Below are positions 1 through 18,399 of a stretch of DNA of 64,000 nt, in pieces. Position 1 is the first letter of the stretch. Every line of letters begins with the position of its first letter. Both the position numbers and the translations under genes were made by a program. This stretch comes from Prorocentrum cordatum (lineage: Eukaryota): the NCBI GenBank assembly GCA_963575745.1, contig CAUYUJ010000314.1:558001-622000 (forward strand), written 5' to 3'. The notes beneath the pieces were generated by a model. That model did no database searches. It worked only from the letters and a program-made list of their open reading frames with translations, and was not told where the DNA came from.

Positions 1-79
1 TCCTTCTTGCCCTCCCCTTCCGTCCTCTTCATGCATTCAACAGGCTTACGCCATCCCGCCGACACCCAGACGAAGTGAG

Positions 80-6385
<6,306 letters not shown>

Positions 6386-7099
6386 AGATCCCGCCCACGG
6401 ATGGATCCCAGGGGGGTCCGGTCGTGTTGTTATGATCTCCCACAAGGGTGTGACTTTGTTCCACGACTTCAAATCTCAGGGTGGTGCAGCATGAGCGCCC
6501 TTGCATTCGCGGTCCTCCGAAGGGGCGTGGCTCCCGGCCCTGTGCGTTCCAGCCTGGGCGATTGGGCCCCCTTCTCCTTCTCCCTCCCCGCACGTGCTGC
6601 ATTGGTCCTGGTTTCCGCGGTTCGGCGGGAGAGCCAGGATGCGGACCCTGCAGCAAGGCACATAATGAGGATGCGGTGTTTGTCCAAGGATGCCATTGCA
6701 GCCCCCCTTTGTCGGCTCATGCTGGGCCAATTTTGCCTTGTCGTTAGAGGGCAACTCATGAGAGGTTTTTGTTCAAGTGGTCGTTCGTTCCAGGCGGAGG
6801 CAAATTGCAGGAGTTGACAGCAACTGGCGAAGGGCATGGCAGCAAATGGCAGCAACGTTTCAGTGCGTATGCGTCAGATCATGCATGCATCTGAAGGTGA
6901 GTGAGTCTGAGCGCCAAGAATCTGAGTATGAATACCTGCGTATGCGTGGGTCTTCTTGCTCAGGGCCTCGCCGGCGAACCGTTTATGTAGAATGTCCGTT
7001 GGGAGAAGAACGTAACGTTTAAAATGGGAGCTCGCGATTTCGCGGCCGCTTGCGCTTGATTCGAGGAGCGCAGTACATGGCAGGGCCTGCCAAGCATGA

Positions 7100-8080
7100 G
7101 CAAGACTTCTCAGGGCTGTCTGCGCTCCGCGTGGTCTTGCAGGCACTCTGGAGGTTCTTTGCGAATTTTGGCGAATATTTGCAAACACATCGGCGGCAAT
7201 TTGGGTGACTTGCGAACACAGTTGTTGAGCCCCATTGCAGTCTGGCGGCGCTCTGGAGGCGCTTTGCGTACGTTCGCAGGCACTTGGGAAACGCTCTCCA
7301 GCACTTTTCGTCAACTTCGAAGCACTTTGCGAACGTTTGCGGACTCTGGCAAGGTGGGGTTGTGGAAGCGATTTGAAAACTCTGGCGGGCACCTTGGAGG
7401 CATTTCTGGTCACTTTTGGCCACTTTCGAAGCACGTCGCCACCGTTCGCGAATGTGCGCAAACATTGTGGAGGTCTTTGTTGGTACTTTTGCAACACTTT
7501 GCGAACAAGTGCGAGCACATCGGTGCATGTTTAAGTATTTCTGACACTTGTGATTACTTTGGAAGCACTTTGGGCACTTTGGGATAATTTCGCAGCGCTT
7601 TGCGAACGTTTGCGAACGTTTGAAAGCACGCTGGAGGTACGTTTGGATATTTACGGGCACATGTGTGGGAAAAGCGCACAAAGTTACCACCTGTGCCCAA
7701 AAGTGCTTCCGACGCGCGCGCTAACATTCGCAAGTGTCGCAAAAATGCCCAGATGTGATTCCAATATGATTGCAAACTTGTGCTACGCGCCTTCTGAATG
7801 TTTTTGGCGAAGATGGTTGCAAACCTTCGCGACGTGGTTTCCAAAGTGCCCGAAATACCTGGTCAGTGCTTCCAAAGTGCTTGCAAACGTTCGCACTGTG
7901 TTTCGACAGTGCCCCGAAGTGTTTACGAAGTGTTTGCAAACGTGCGCAGAGCGCTTCCAAGGAACTCCTGGAATGCTGTGGGTACTCTTCCAGACATGTG
8001 TTTAGCAGTGCCCAAACGTGCTTCCGACGCGCTTGGAAACTTTCGCAAGCTCTCGCAGAGTGTTTCAAAAGTGCCCGACA
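7100..8080. repeat. Degenerate satellite arranged as inverted arms
   Basis: The left half repeats gcactttgcgaacgtttgc-like motifs and the right half carries their complements (gcaaacgttcgca, aaagtgc). The switch is at about 7660-7700. Confidence 0.65.
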
Positions 8081-8082
8081 AT

Positions 8083-8620
8083 GAAGGAGGAGGAAGACGA
8101 CGTGGAGGAGGTGGAGGAGGAGAAGGAGGAGGAAGAGGAAGAACAAGAGGAGGAGGAGGAGGAGGAGGAGGAGGAGGAGAAACAGGAAGAGGATGCGGAG
8201 TCGGACTCGGAGGAGTCGGACCTCTTGGGGACCTTTTTACAAACTCTTGGGGACCTCTTGGGCACCCCTTGGGGCCTCCTGGGGGCCTCTTGGGATGGAA
8301 GGCTCGGATTTTCGATTCGGTCCCTTTGGGGGCCGTCGTGGGACCTTCGTGGGCCGTCTTGAGGCCCTCTTGGGGGCCTTTTGGGCCGTCTTCGGGTGGT
8401 GTTGAGCGCCTCTTGGGCCGTCTTGCAGCGTCGAGCGCCAAAATCTGTCAAAAACCTGAGGGGAATCATTGGTGTTTGCATATTGGGGACCTCTTGGGAG
8501 GCCTCTTGGGCTCTTGGGCCGTCTTGGAACGTTGTTGGGCCATCGTGAGGCCGCCGTGGGCGTTTGGGAGCGCTCTTTCGCCGACTCGAGGCCGTCCTGG
8601 ACACATGGGAGGGTTCGGGA
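8083..8620 (+). repeat. (GGA)n tract followed by the dispersed 'cctcttggggcc' repeat family
   Basis: The same motif family recurs at about 35100-35420, 42190-42310, 56430-57000, 58040-58240, 59330-59420, 60010-60100 and 62510-63380, and inverted at 28430-28930. Confidence 0.85.
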
Positions 8621-8821
8621 GGTAGCTCTGGGGGGGAGCACAACGCCCACAGGAGGCGCAGGGAACACATCAGAACTCACGCGAAGCACCCCGGGCCGGC
8701 CCAAGATCGCCTGGGAAATCGGGCGTCCGTGCCCCGAGGAAATCTAAATTCTAGTTGCAGCAGCAGCACAGACGTGAACTCCGGGGCGCTCCACGTCGTG
8801 CCAGACGCACAGTTGCGGATT

Positions 8822-9310
8822 TGGATACCTTGCCGCGGTTTGGCGCGGCCCCCCTTGAGGGGCTGGAGGGGCACGAAACTTGATAAATGGTTTGGTGCTC
8901 GCCTCCAGGACGGGTTGGGGAAGGCACGAACTTTCATAAATAGCGAAGTATTCGAATACCCTACCACGGTCTGGCGGGGCCTCCCTGGACTGGCGCGAGG
9001 GCAGGAAACCTGATGCAGAACGGGGTACTCGAATACCCTGCCGCGGTCTGGCGGGGCCTCCCTGGAGGGTCGGGAGGGGCACGAAATTTGATAGATAGTA
9101 TGACGTTCGAATACCCTGCCGCGGTCTGGCACCGCCTCCCTGGCAGGGTGGGAGGGGCACGAAGTCTGACAAACGATATGGTACTCGAATACCCTGCCGC
9201 GGTCTGGCGCCGCCTCCATGGCGGGGTGGGAAGAGTACGAACTGCTATAGATAGTACGGTACTCGAGTACGATGACTTGGTCTGGTGGGGCCTCCTTGGA
9301 GGAGCGGCGG
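8822..9310 (+). repeat. 77-78-bp tandem minisatellite, about 6 copies
   Basis: The anchor cgaataccctgccgcggtctggcg (or a variant) starts at 8953, 9030, 9108, 9186 and 9264. Confidence 0.9.
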
Positions 9311-9349
9311 GGGCTAGGGGTAGTAATAGTCGTGGTTGTTGTCGTATGA

Positions 9350-9424
9350 GAAAGCAGTAGTAGTAGGAGTAGTAGTAGTAGTAGCAGTAGTAGCAGTAGT
9401 AGCAGTAGTAGCAGTAGTAGCAGC

Positions 9425-9462
<38 letters not shown>

Positions 9463-9465
9463 CAG

Positions 9466-9510
<45 letters not shown>

Positions 9511-9520
9511 CAGTAGCAGC

Positions 9521-9558
<38 letters not shown>

Positions 9559-9633
9559 CAGCAGCAGCAGCAGCAGTAGAGGAGGTGCAGAACGAGTAGT
9601 GTTGAGTAGTGGTGGAAGAGGAGCTGACTAGTG

Positions 9634-9667
<34 letters not shown>

Positions 9668-9863
9668 CAGTACTTCAGTAGCTGTAGTAGCACTAGGAGT
9701 AGTAGTGGTAGTAGTAGTAGTCGTCGTAACGGAATGAGTAGTACGAGTAGTAGTAATAGTTGTTGTTGTTGATGTAGTGGCTGTAGTGATAGGAGTAGTA
9801 GTAGTAGTAGTAGGAGGAGGAGGAGGAGTAGCAGTAGTAGTAGTAGTAGTAGTAGTAGTAGTC

Positions 9864-9896
<33 letters not shown>

Positions 9897-10042
9897 AGTA
9901 GTAGTAGTAGTAGTGACACGCGAGGTGGTAGCGGTAGTGGTAGTAGTGGTAGTCTGGCTTAGCAGTGGTAGTCCATGAGGCGTAGTACGAGTAGTAGGAG
10001 TCGTAAGGGACAGGGGTAGTAGTAGTATAGTAGTAGTAGTAG

Positions 10043-10083
<41 letters not shown>

Positions 10084-10108
10084 GTACTAGTACTAGTACT
10101 AGTAGTAG

Positions 10109-10143
<35 letters not shown>

Positions 10144-10160
10144 GTGGTAGTAGTAATGGT
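9350..10160. repeat. (AGT)n/(ACT)n microsatellite with internal strand switches
   Basis: Directly visible. Switches from agt to act occur at about 10043 and 10109. Confidence 0.95.
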
Positions 10161-12989
10161 AGGAATTGAGGTGGAGGTGGAGGAGGGAGGAAGAGAGGGT
10201 GTTCTAGGAAAGCAAGAGACCCACCCAGGATGTGGCAAAAGGATCCTACCACACTTGGTCCTTTGCCTCTGAACCAACATTTGTGGTTAGAGCGTGGTTT
10301 CCCGCATACACGCGAGCGTCTTACCATCCGTCATGTTCTGCGTTATGATTGGATGCTCCCTGCTCTCCGGGTCCCTACGTGTGCTGCCCTATTCCATGTT
10401 TACGAGCCACCCAATTCCCATTTTGATACGAGCCTGTAACTCGAAGAGTTGCGATTACTCTGGAGCGCCATCCGTTTGCTTACCGGCCGAAATCAATCGA
10501 GCTGGTGTGTTATTGTCATTTCCCGGGGACGCCTGCATCAGATCCGGTCATTCACGTCGCTTTGCGTCCTCCTGCTGTTGATCTGTCATACGGCGATGTT
10601 GCGACCGACACGCACTAAGTCATTGAGTACATTGCGTCTGATTAATTGGTCAATATTATATTCTGCTCCTGTCCCTGCCAACACAGACGTCGCAGGGCAT
10701 ATCTTCATGAAGCTCCATTTCATTCTGTCGTTTGTTACTACTCACACATCCTCCTCATCCCCCCTCGCACTCTCCATCTCCCGCATCTGTTTCGTCTGCA
10801 CAGCAAAAGCAGTAGCAGGCAGACGAGGGAGCAGTGTTGACGGCAGGAAGGAGTTGGCGAATGCACAGCCTCAGACCCATCATTGGGAAAAGCGCTTCCG
10901 CTTGCATTACACACGGGCCGACGGACCTTTCCGGCAAGTGGCGAAAGAAGCGAGCATGCACGAAAGAACGAGAAATTGAGGAGCAGCAGATGCTTCGCAG
11001 TTGGATGTTGCCCCAATGTGTCTGGTTCCACACTCAAGCTCAGCAGTCGAGCATAAACGTGGGAGGCTGGGATCGACGCAGTAGTTGTGAATTTGGTGTC
11101 TTTGCGCTGATGCAATGACGCACGGAGCTTGACTGTCACACAGTATTGGTATTAGACTTTCCTACTGTTTCTGCAGATGATCCTCGTTATGGATCCACAA
11201 GGGGCCTAGCATGACAGTTGCTGAAGCATCACACATCGCCATAGCAAGTGTTCGAAGTGTCTGATGCGTGTCGATACGAATGGCATGTTCCGGCTTGGCT
11301 ACGTAATTTTGCAGCCGCTTTGACCCAGACGCGACTACCACCTACAGTGCCCACAAGATTGTTCGGCAATTGTGCCCGTATTAATAAATTCCTTTGGTCC
11401 ACTACCCGAGCTTTGCCCCGCGAAATTGACTTGAAATGCCGCACCGGCCGTTTCGTAGTTCAGGATAACGCAAGCGTAACGGCAGTATTAGTTTCAATAT
11501 TGTTGGGGTCGCCCCAAGTTCTGTTGAATTGGCTGTTTTTTGTTGCCGGATATAACGTGCAGCTTGGATGTGAGTTTGCAGTTTCTGTTTTTCTTTGCAG
11601 CGTGCGGATGCGTGAAGCCCTTGAAGTCTGCAAGCGACAGCGCACACTGGTCCCAGTGCGTAATCACGTGGGGCGAACGCCACTAATGTCAGCTCAGGAA
11701 GCTTTGTTGTGCGACACATGGCCAAGAAGGATATGTTGTTCAACGCATTTGCATGATATATGCCGTTGCGGTCATCAACCTCCAGGGCTGCTCGATTCCG
11801 AACAATTCCGCCCAAATGTGCCTCCGACGTTTTCCACATTCCCGCTAGGCGCACACCTTACAAAGTGACTGATGCAAGGCAGCACGCATACCAGGATTTC
11901 AAGTAGGTTGGAAATACACCCGTTGCGAGGACATTGTCGGTCGTGGGCATCCCGAGTAATGCCTCTCGGCAAAAGTACATTCCATACCCGTCGAGGCATG
12001 CACCAGCATCGGCGTCTCATCAGTTTTCGAAATGGCGCCACCCGAAAGTTGCTTCCATGCCGGAGGATGACGGCATACTCCATGATGCATTCTGGATCCA
12101 AACGCCAACAAAAAACGCAAATTTTGCATAAATGGTTCCGGTGGCGCATTGGTATTTCGCATACAATATTGATAGCGATGGTTCGCCCAGCGGTTGAAAG
12201 CCCTTGCAGTCGAAGGCAAACATAGATTCAGTCGTTGGTTGCCAGTGCATGTGTCCCTTCATACGCGCAAGGGCAAGCGATAGTAACAGATTACAAAGCA
12301 CTTCACAAAACCATGGCGCCCTGGGAGAATTGTGTTTGATTCGTGCGCGTCCACGAACGAATCCGAAACCATGTTGTGCGCATTGGGGATCGTGGGCAGT
12401 CTTTTAGGCCGGGTATAAAAGGATCGACGGGATATTCAGACAATCTGACACGTGTGGATTCTTTCAAACAGGGCCATCACATGTTTGCCATCGTTGTCTC
12501 CTAACAGGATTTTGAAGAGCACACATACGGTTCGGAGCATCAGCCAAGTGATCAAGAGTTGTTCTCTAGTCGAGCGGTGCGAGCCCCTAATACAATGCTT
12601 GATATGTCATTTGCTAAATGCAGGTTGCTCGAATGCGGCATTGGCAAGTCCAATGCTGGCAAGTCCATACTAGCACACAAGAACGTGGTAGAACACACCT
12701 TGACTACATCATTGCATCACGGCGTTTGGGGTAAGCTGTGGCAGTACATTCCGTTCTCTTGTATGTTTACCTCAGTATCCCACCCCAGTTTTGTCCAGCC
12801 CGAGCTAAATATTCCTATGTTGGTTTATGCGCACGCCACTTCAATATATGTAGACATGCGTTGATCCAACATGTTCCTTCTGATAAGCGTATGAGGAAGG
12901 TCAAAGTAATCAGGTCGACCAAGTCAGCGGGCCCCGCCCATGCCCACCCCCCGTCCCTTAACATAATAATAGAAGCTACCCAGCGGGGC

Positions 12990-13440
12990 CCCAAACAGCA
13001 ATTTCGTGAGATCGATGGTGAGCAATCTAGGTGGTGCAATCAATGCGCAGCAAATTGGGTGTTGCAAGCCACGTGGTGCAATATATGTGGTGCAATGTGT
13101 GTGGTGGCGATGTGGTGCCATCGATGTGGCGTCAGCTCTGTGGTGCAAGTCTACGTTGTGCAACTTATGTGGTGCACGCTACGTGCTGCAATATACGTTC
13201 AGCAAGCTACGTGATGCACCATCGGTGGGGCGGCGACGGCAGCAACACGTCGGCGGATCGGACAAACGAGCTTACACGACAAGCGGCGACGGGGTGGCGA
13301 CGGCAGCAACAAGGCTGCGGACTCGACAAACGGGCCCAGACGACGGGTGACTACGAGGCGACGACAGGGCGGCGACGGCGGCAACAAGGCGGTGGACCCG
13401 ACCAGCGAGCCCAGTCCCATAGAAGACGGGAAAGGAACCC
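12990..13440 (+). repeat. Dispersed composite repeat (atgtggtgcaa satellite plus ggcggcgacggc module)
   Basis: The same two modules occur inverted at about 29590-29960, and the ttgcac module again at 31200-31500 and 34240-34430. Confidence 0.6.
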
Positions 13441-13652
13441 CTAAGTCAAACATGATTTGGCGAATTGTGGCACAACTTGGTAGTGGGATTGGACAGCGTT
13501 CCCACTTAGCGAGCGGACGGCGCTCGCCCGCGGCCCCGCTTCCGACGACTCGGCGAAGGGAAAAGTTCGCGGGCCGCGCAGGGGTGGCAGCGGCAGACTT
13601 TCGATGAGCGCATCGAAGACGAAGCATGCGCCTCACCGAAAAGAACTTGCCA

Positions 13653-13683
<31 letters not shown>

Positions 13684-13789
13684 TTGCGCGGTTCCTGTAC
13701 GGCACATTCACCCTGGACGGAGCCATGTTTTGTGGTGTGGGCAGCCGATGGCTAACCACCCTCTTCTTGCCTTGAGACACTGGCGCGTT

Positions 13790-16700
13790 TAGGTGTCTCC
13801 TTTCTTGTCTCCCTCCTCCTGTCCCTCGCTCCCTCTCCCCTCCCTCCTCTTCCTCTCTCTCCTCCCTCCTCCTTTCTGCCCGCTTGCTGCTGCCGTGTCC
13901 CGCCGTCGGTTGTCGTTCGTGTGGTCTTGTCTGTCGGGTCTCGCGCGCCCACCAGGAGCGCCTTCGCAACAGATCGCCACCCCCACCAGAGAACGAGCAA
14001 CAACGCCACCCTTGGACGCGACGGATGACGGCCAGGGAGACGCACGTAAAGGTTGTGGCACACATCGGGGGCCGGGGCGACGGAGGGACATGCAGCGGCG
14101 GGACCAGGCACGCGGACCCTGGCACCATCGCGTCAGGTCAGCCAACCCTGGAACACGTGACCAGCAGCGGGCCCCAGCAGGACAACGGCCCCCGCGCGGA
14201 CGGGCGTCACGACCATACCCCTGGCCAAGCAGACAGCCCAAGACCCCCCAAGGAACGGCGCCTGACGCCCCCCGACTCACCCCCGCCTACACCGCCGGAC
14301 AACGAGCTAACCTCAGCTCCCCCCACCACGCGACCCACGGCTACCAAGTCCGTGGGGGCACCAGCAGCCGCCAACGCAACTCCTGATCCCCTCCTCGAGC
14401 GCGAGGATCCCGACCGCCGCGAACGGCGGGAAAGGCGAGTCCCAGACACACCCTTCCAGGGCCCCACCCGCCCAATCGCAACGGACAGCCCGAGCATCGA
14501 GAGCGGCGACTACGTGGTCATCAGGAACGACACCCTCCCCCGAGCCAGGTGGTTCAGGTCAGCGCAGAGCACTGAGCCCCTGTCCACGCAGCCCCTGGAT
14601 GGAGCAGTATTTGGTCCCATCCTCGACGTCCAGGCCCGCGACAAGCACGGACGGATCCTGACCGTCCAAATCGAAAACGACTAGCTTGAAGTCTGGGGTG
14701 CCGGGACCAGGACGCTACGCGTCGACGTCCTACGCGGCAATGTGGCGCGCCAAGCAGCCACCTTCCTGGGCGGGGCCCCCGACGAGGCACACGCACCGCA
14801 GGAGCCAGCGGCCCCCGCCAGCTCCTGGCTCGGCGCCGACCCTGGAAGCGCCACGGCGACGTTTGCAGAAGGGACTCAGCCCAATTCCAGGCCCGAATCT
14901 TGCACGCCACGCACTGCCGCTCGGGACCCCACGTACGAGCCGCCGCCCTTCCAACACATCAAGGAGGAGATCCCTGACTACACCAATGACAGCCAGGAGG
15001 AGGAACAGAAGCAGAGGCTTGCGGAGGCCGCAGGCGCAGTCCACGCGGTCTCACCCGCCTCAGACCCTGGAACACGCGGGCAGGGCCAAACCGAGACGAG
15101 CCCGCGAGAGGTGCGACGCAGCAGTCCTGAGCGCGACACAAGCAGTACGCACCAAGATAGCCCAGCCCGCGCACCCACGGGACAGACCGAGCTTGCGACG
15201 GCTGCCGCCGACGACCGTGCCCTGCACACGCGGCCCAGAACCGCGGCCTCAGGAGCCGGGCGCGCCGCTCCCAACCCCCACCCCTCGCACGAACACGGGC
15301 GCGAGCGCGGCAGAGCGAGGGATCAAGTTCCTTGGGAACGGTACGACAGCGCGGCGCGGCGCTCGTCCAGAGATTCCAGCGATCGGGCCCGAGCCAGAGA
15401 GCGCGACCGGGGCCGCGATCGTGACAGGGGCGTAGGGTGGGCCCCTTGGCATCAACAAGGCACCAGCGATCGGGACCGAGCCAGAGAGCGCAACCGCGAC
15501 CAGGACCGCGATCGTGACAGGGGCGTAGGGTGGGCCCCTTGGCACCAGCAGAACGATCGACGCAACCCCCACCACAAGGGCGATCGCCGCTACCCTGATC
15601 CCATCCGCCCCTGGGAGGCCCGCCGTGTCAGCTGGCCACGACGCCCACACGAGACGGCGGCCACCCACCAGAAGAAGCTGAAGGCCGAGGGAGGCTACAA
15701 TTTCACCGCAGCCTGGCACTCGTGGCGCAAACATACGGGTCAGGAGCAGGGCAAGGGCAAGTCCAAGGACCCAGTCAAGTTCGACCCGACCTGTTGGCAG
15801 CCCAAGATGGTCGATCAATTTCTCGAGGATATGGCCAACAACCACTATCACGTGGAAACGTGGTCCGGGAACGCTGGCATTTACGTGGACTGGAAACGGG
15901 AGAACGCCTTGTACCAGGAGTTCAAGAAGAAAAGGGAGGTGACCAAGGGTGAAGGACGCGGAGAGGGCCAGGCACGCAGCTCTGGGTGCACCGACAACAG
16001 GACCGGGAAGCGCCCCAGGTGCTGACCAGCTTTGAACCTGCCCTCCCCTGACAGCGCACAGAGTGCGGCACCTCGGCATTTCTTGTTCCCTGGAGATCTC
16101 GTGGCGCTGTACTCCGATTACAACCTGCACACCCCTGGCCATGCGCACACCCTGGTCCCCCTATCCCCTCCTCCTTCGCTCCTGGTCTTGGGACCGTTAG
16201 TCCCCCCTGATCCCACACTTGTTCCGACAACGGCTGGGACTGCAGCGCCCGGCTGCAGGAGCCTGGCAGCCCACGGGCACGGCCGCCCAGACGGGCGCAG
16301 GGAAAGGGCTCACGCGCCCCACCGGCACACTGTTAAGGGGTGCAGGGCTACGCTCTAACGCGCAGCAGCGCCGCAAGGTCCTCCTTGCCACGGGTGCCTT
16401 GCCCATACCGCTGTACCTGGCTCTGGCGCCACGTCGTCTTTCACAGGTACGGCCTGGTCTGCGCTGCGCCTTCGGCTACTTGCCTTCCTCCTCCCCCCCG
16501 CCTTCCCACCTGCTTATGGGACCGTTAGCCCACCCTGATCCGCTGGGCCTAACTGATCTGGACCGCCCGGGCTTTCATGCCCGGCATGGCGGCGTCCGCG
16601 TCCACGTCGGCCTGGCCCTCGTCTTCGGCGACTTGCCCTCCTCCTCCCTCATTCTTTCAACTGGTAATGTGACCGTTTCTCCCTCCTGTTCCCGCAGGGT

Positions 16701-17520
16701 GCCCTGCTCCACCCGGCCACGCGCTTTTCTGGCGCGGGGTTGCCTTGGCCACCGCTGGCCACGGCTGGCTCGCTGGGCCGGCCTTTCTCCTTCCTCCTGC
16801 CCGCTTCTCCCCCCCCCTGCTCGCTACCGCCCTCCCATGGCGGCAGCGCCCGGCACTGCGCGGCTCCGGCCCAGTGCCGGGCGCCTGCACTTCGCCGCCT
16901 CGGCGGCCTCGCGGGTCCTGGCGCCGCGCGGCTCTGGCCCGGCCCTTGACACTGCGGCACGGCAGCGCAGCGCGTGTGGCTTTTGCCCGTGTTCACGCGC
17001 TTGCCGCTGTGGGGCAGGTCTCCTCCCTGCAGCACACCGGCATCCTGTCGGTCATGGGCGGCAAGTTGTTCGCCTGGCTGCCGCGCCTCAGGCTGCAGAT
17101 CCCCATGTTCGTGGATTGGACTACCACGGCCAGGCTCTTTGGCATCATTATTTTTGGTGGCACAACGTTGCACTCCGACCCAGTGGTGCTCCTCTTCCTC
17201 TCGGACGTCGTTCTGGTGACGTGGCGCGTCCTCTCCCGCAGTTTGTGAGGCCGGCGTTCTCGAAGCGCCGCTGACGGCACCACCACCTGCTTTCCACACC
17301 TCCCGGGATTTCGACTCTGGGCTCTTGTCCAAGGTGTACCTTTTGCTGCACATTTTCTTCGGCACCGCCTGATCCTAGGGCTTCGCAGTCTCCCGGCCGC
17401 CGTGAGGCCCCGCCTTCGTCCGCCCTTTCTCTGCTAATTAAAGCTGTGCGCGTCCCGCTTAGTTTCCAGCCGAAAAGGCTCGTTCTCGCATTACACATCA
17501 AAAAGTGCGTGTGTGTGTGT
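13790..17520 (+). mobile_element. Probable non-autonomous non-LTR retroelement (ORF1-like frame, decayed 3' region, AAAAAG(TG)n end)
   Basis: Non-repetitive GC-rich block between (CA)n at 13656-13683 and catcaaaaagtgcgtgtgtg at about 17496-17520. It holds a long ORF and a degenerate Cys/His cluster at about 16950-17040 (TAARQRSACGFCPC..CRCG..SLQH). No RT domain was seen. Confidence 0.45.
14025..16025 (+). pseudogene. ~666-codon intronless ORF interrupted by one in-frame TAG (14682-14684); ORF1-like protein of unknown function
   Basis: Track ORFs 13884..14684 and 14742..16025 share a frame, and the linker reads END*LEVWGAGTRTLRVDVLRGNV. GC3 is high, there are globular-looking segments, and an Arg/Asp-rich ~87-bp in-frame duplication lies at about 15378-15550. 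Confidence 0.6.
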
Positions 17521-17559
17521 ATGAATTTGTACAGTGTATAAGTAAATGAGTATGTGTAT

Positions 17560-18390
<831 letters not shown>

Positions 18391-18399
18391 CAAATCCAG

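Noticed and set aside
9350..10160. Telomeric repeat
   Set aside because: The unit is AGT, not TTTAGGG, and no telomere array is present in the window.
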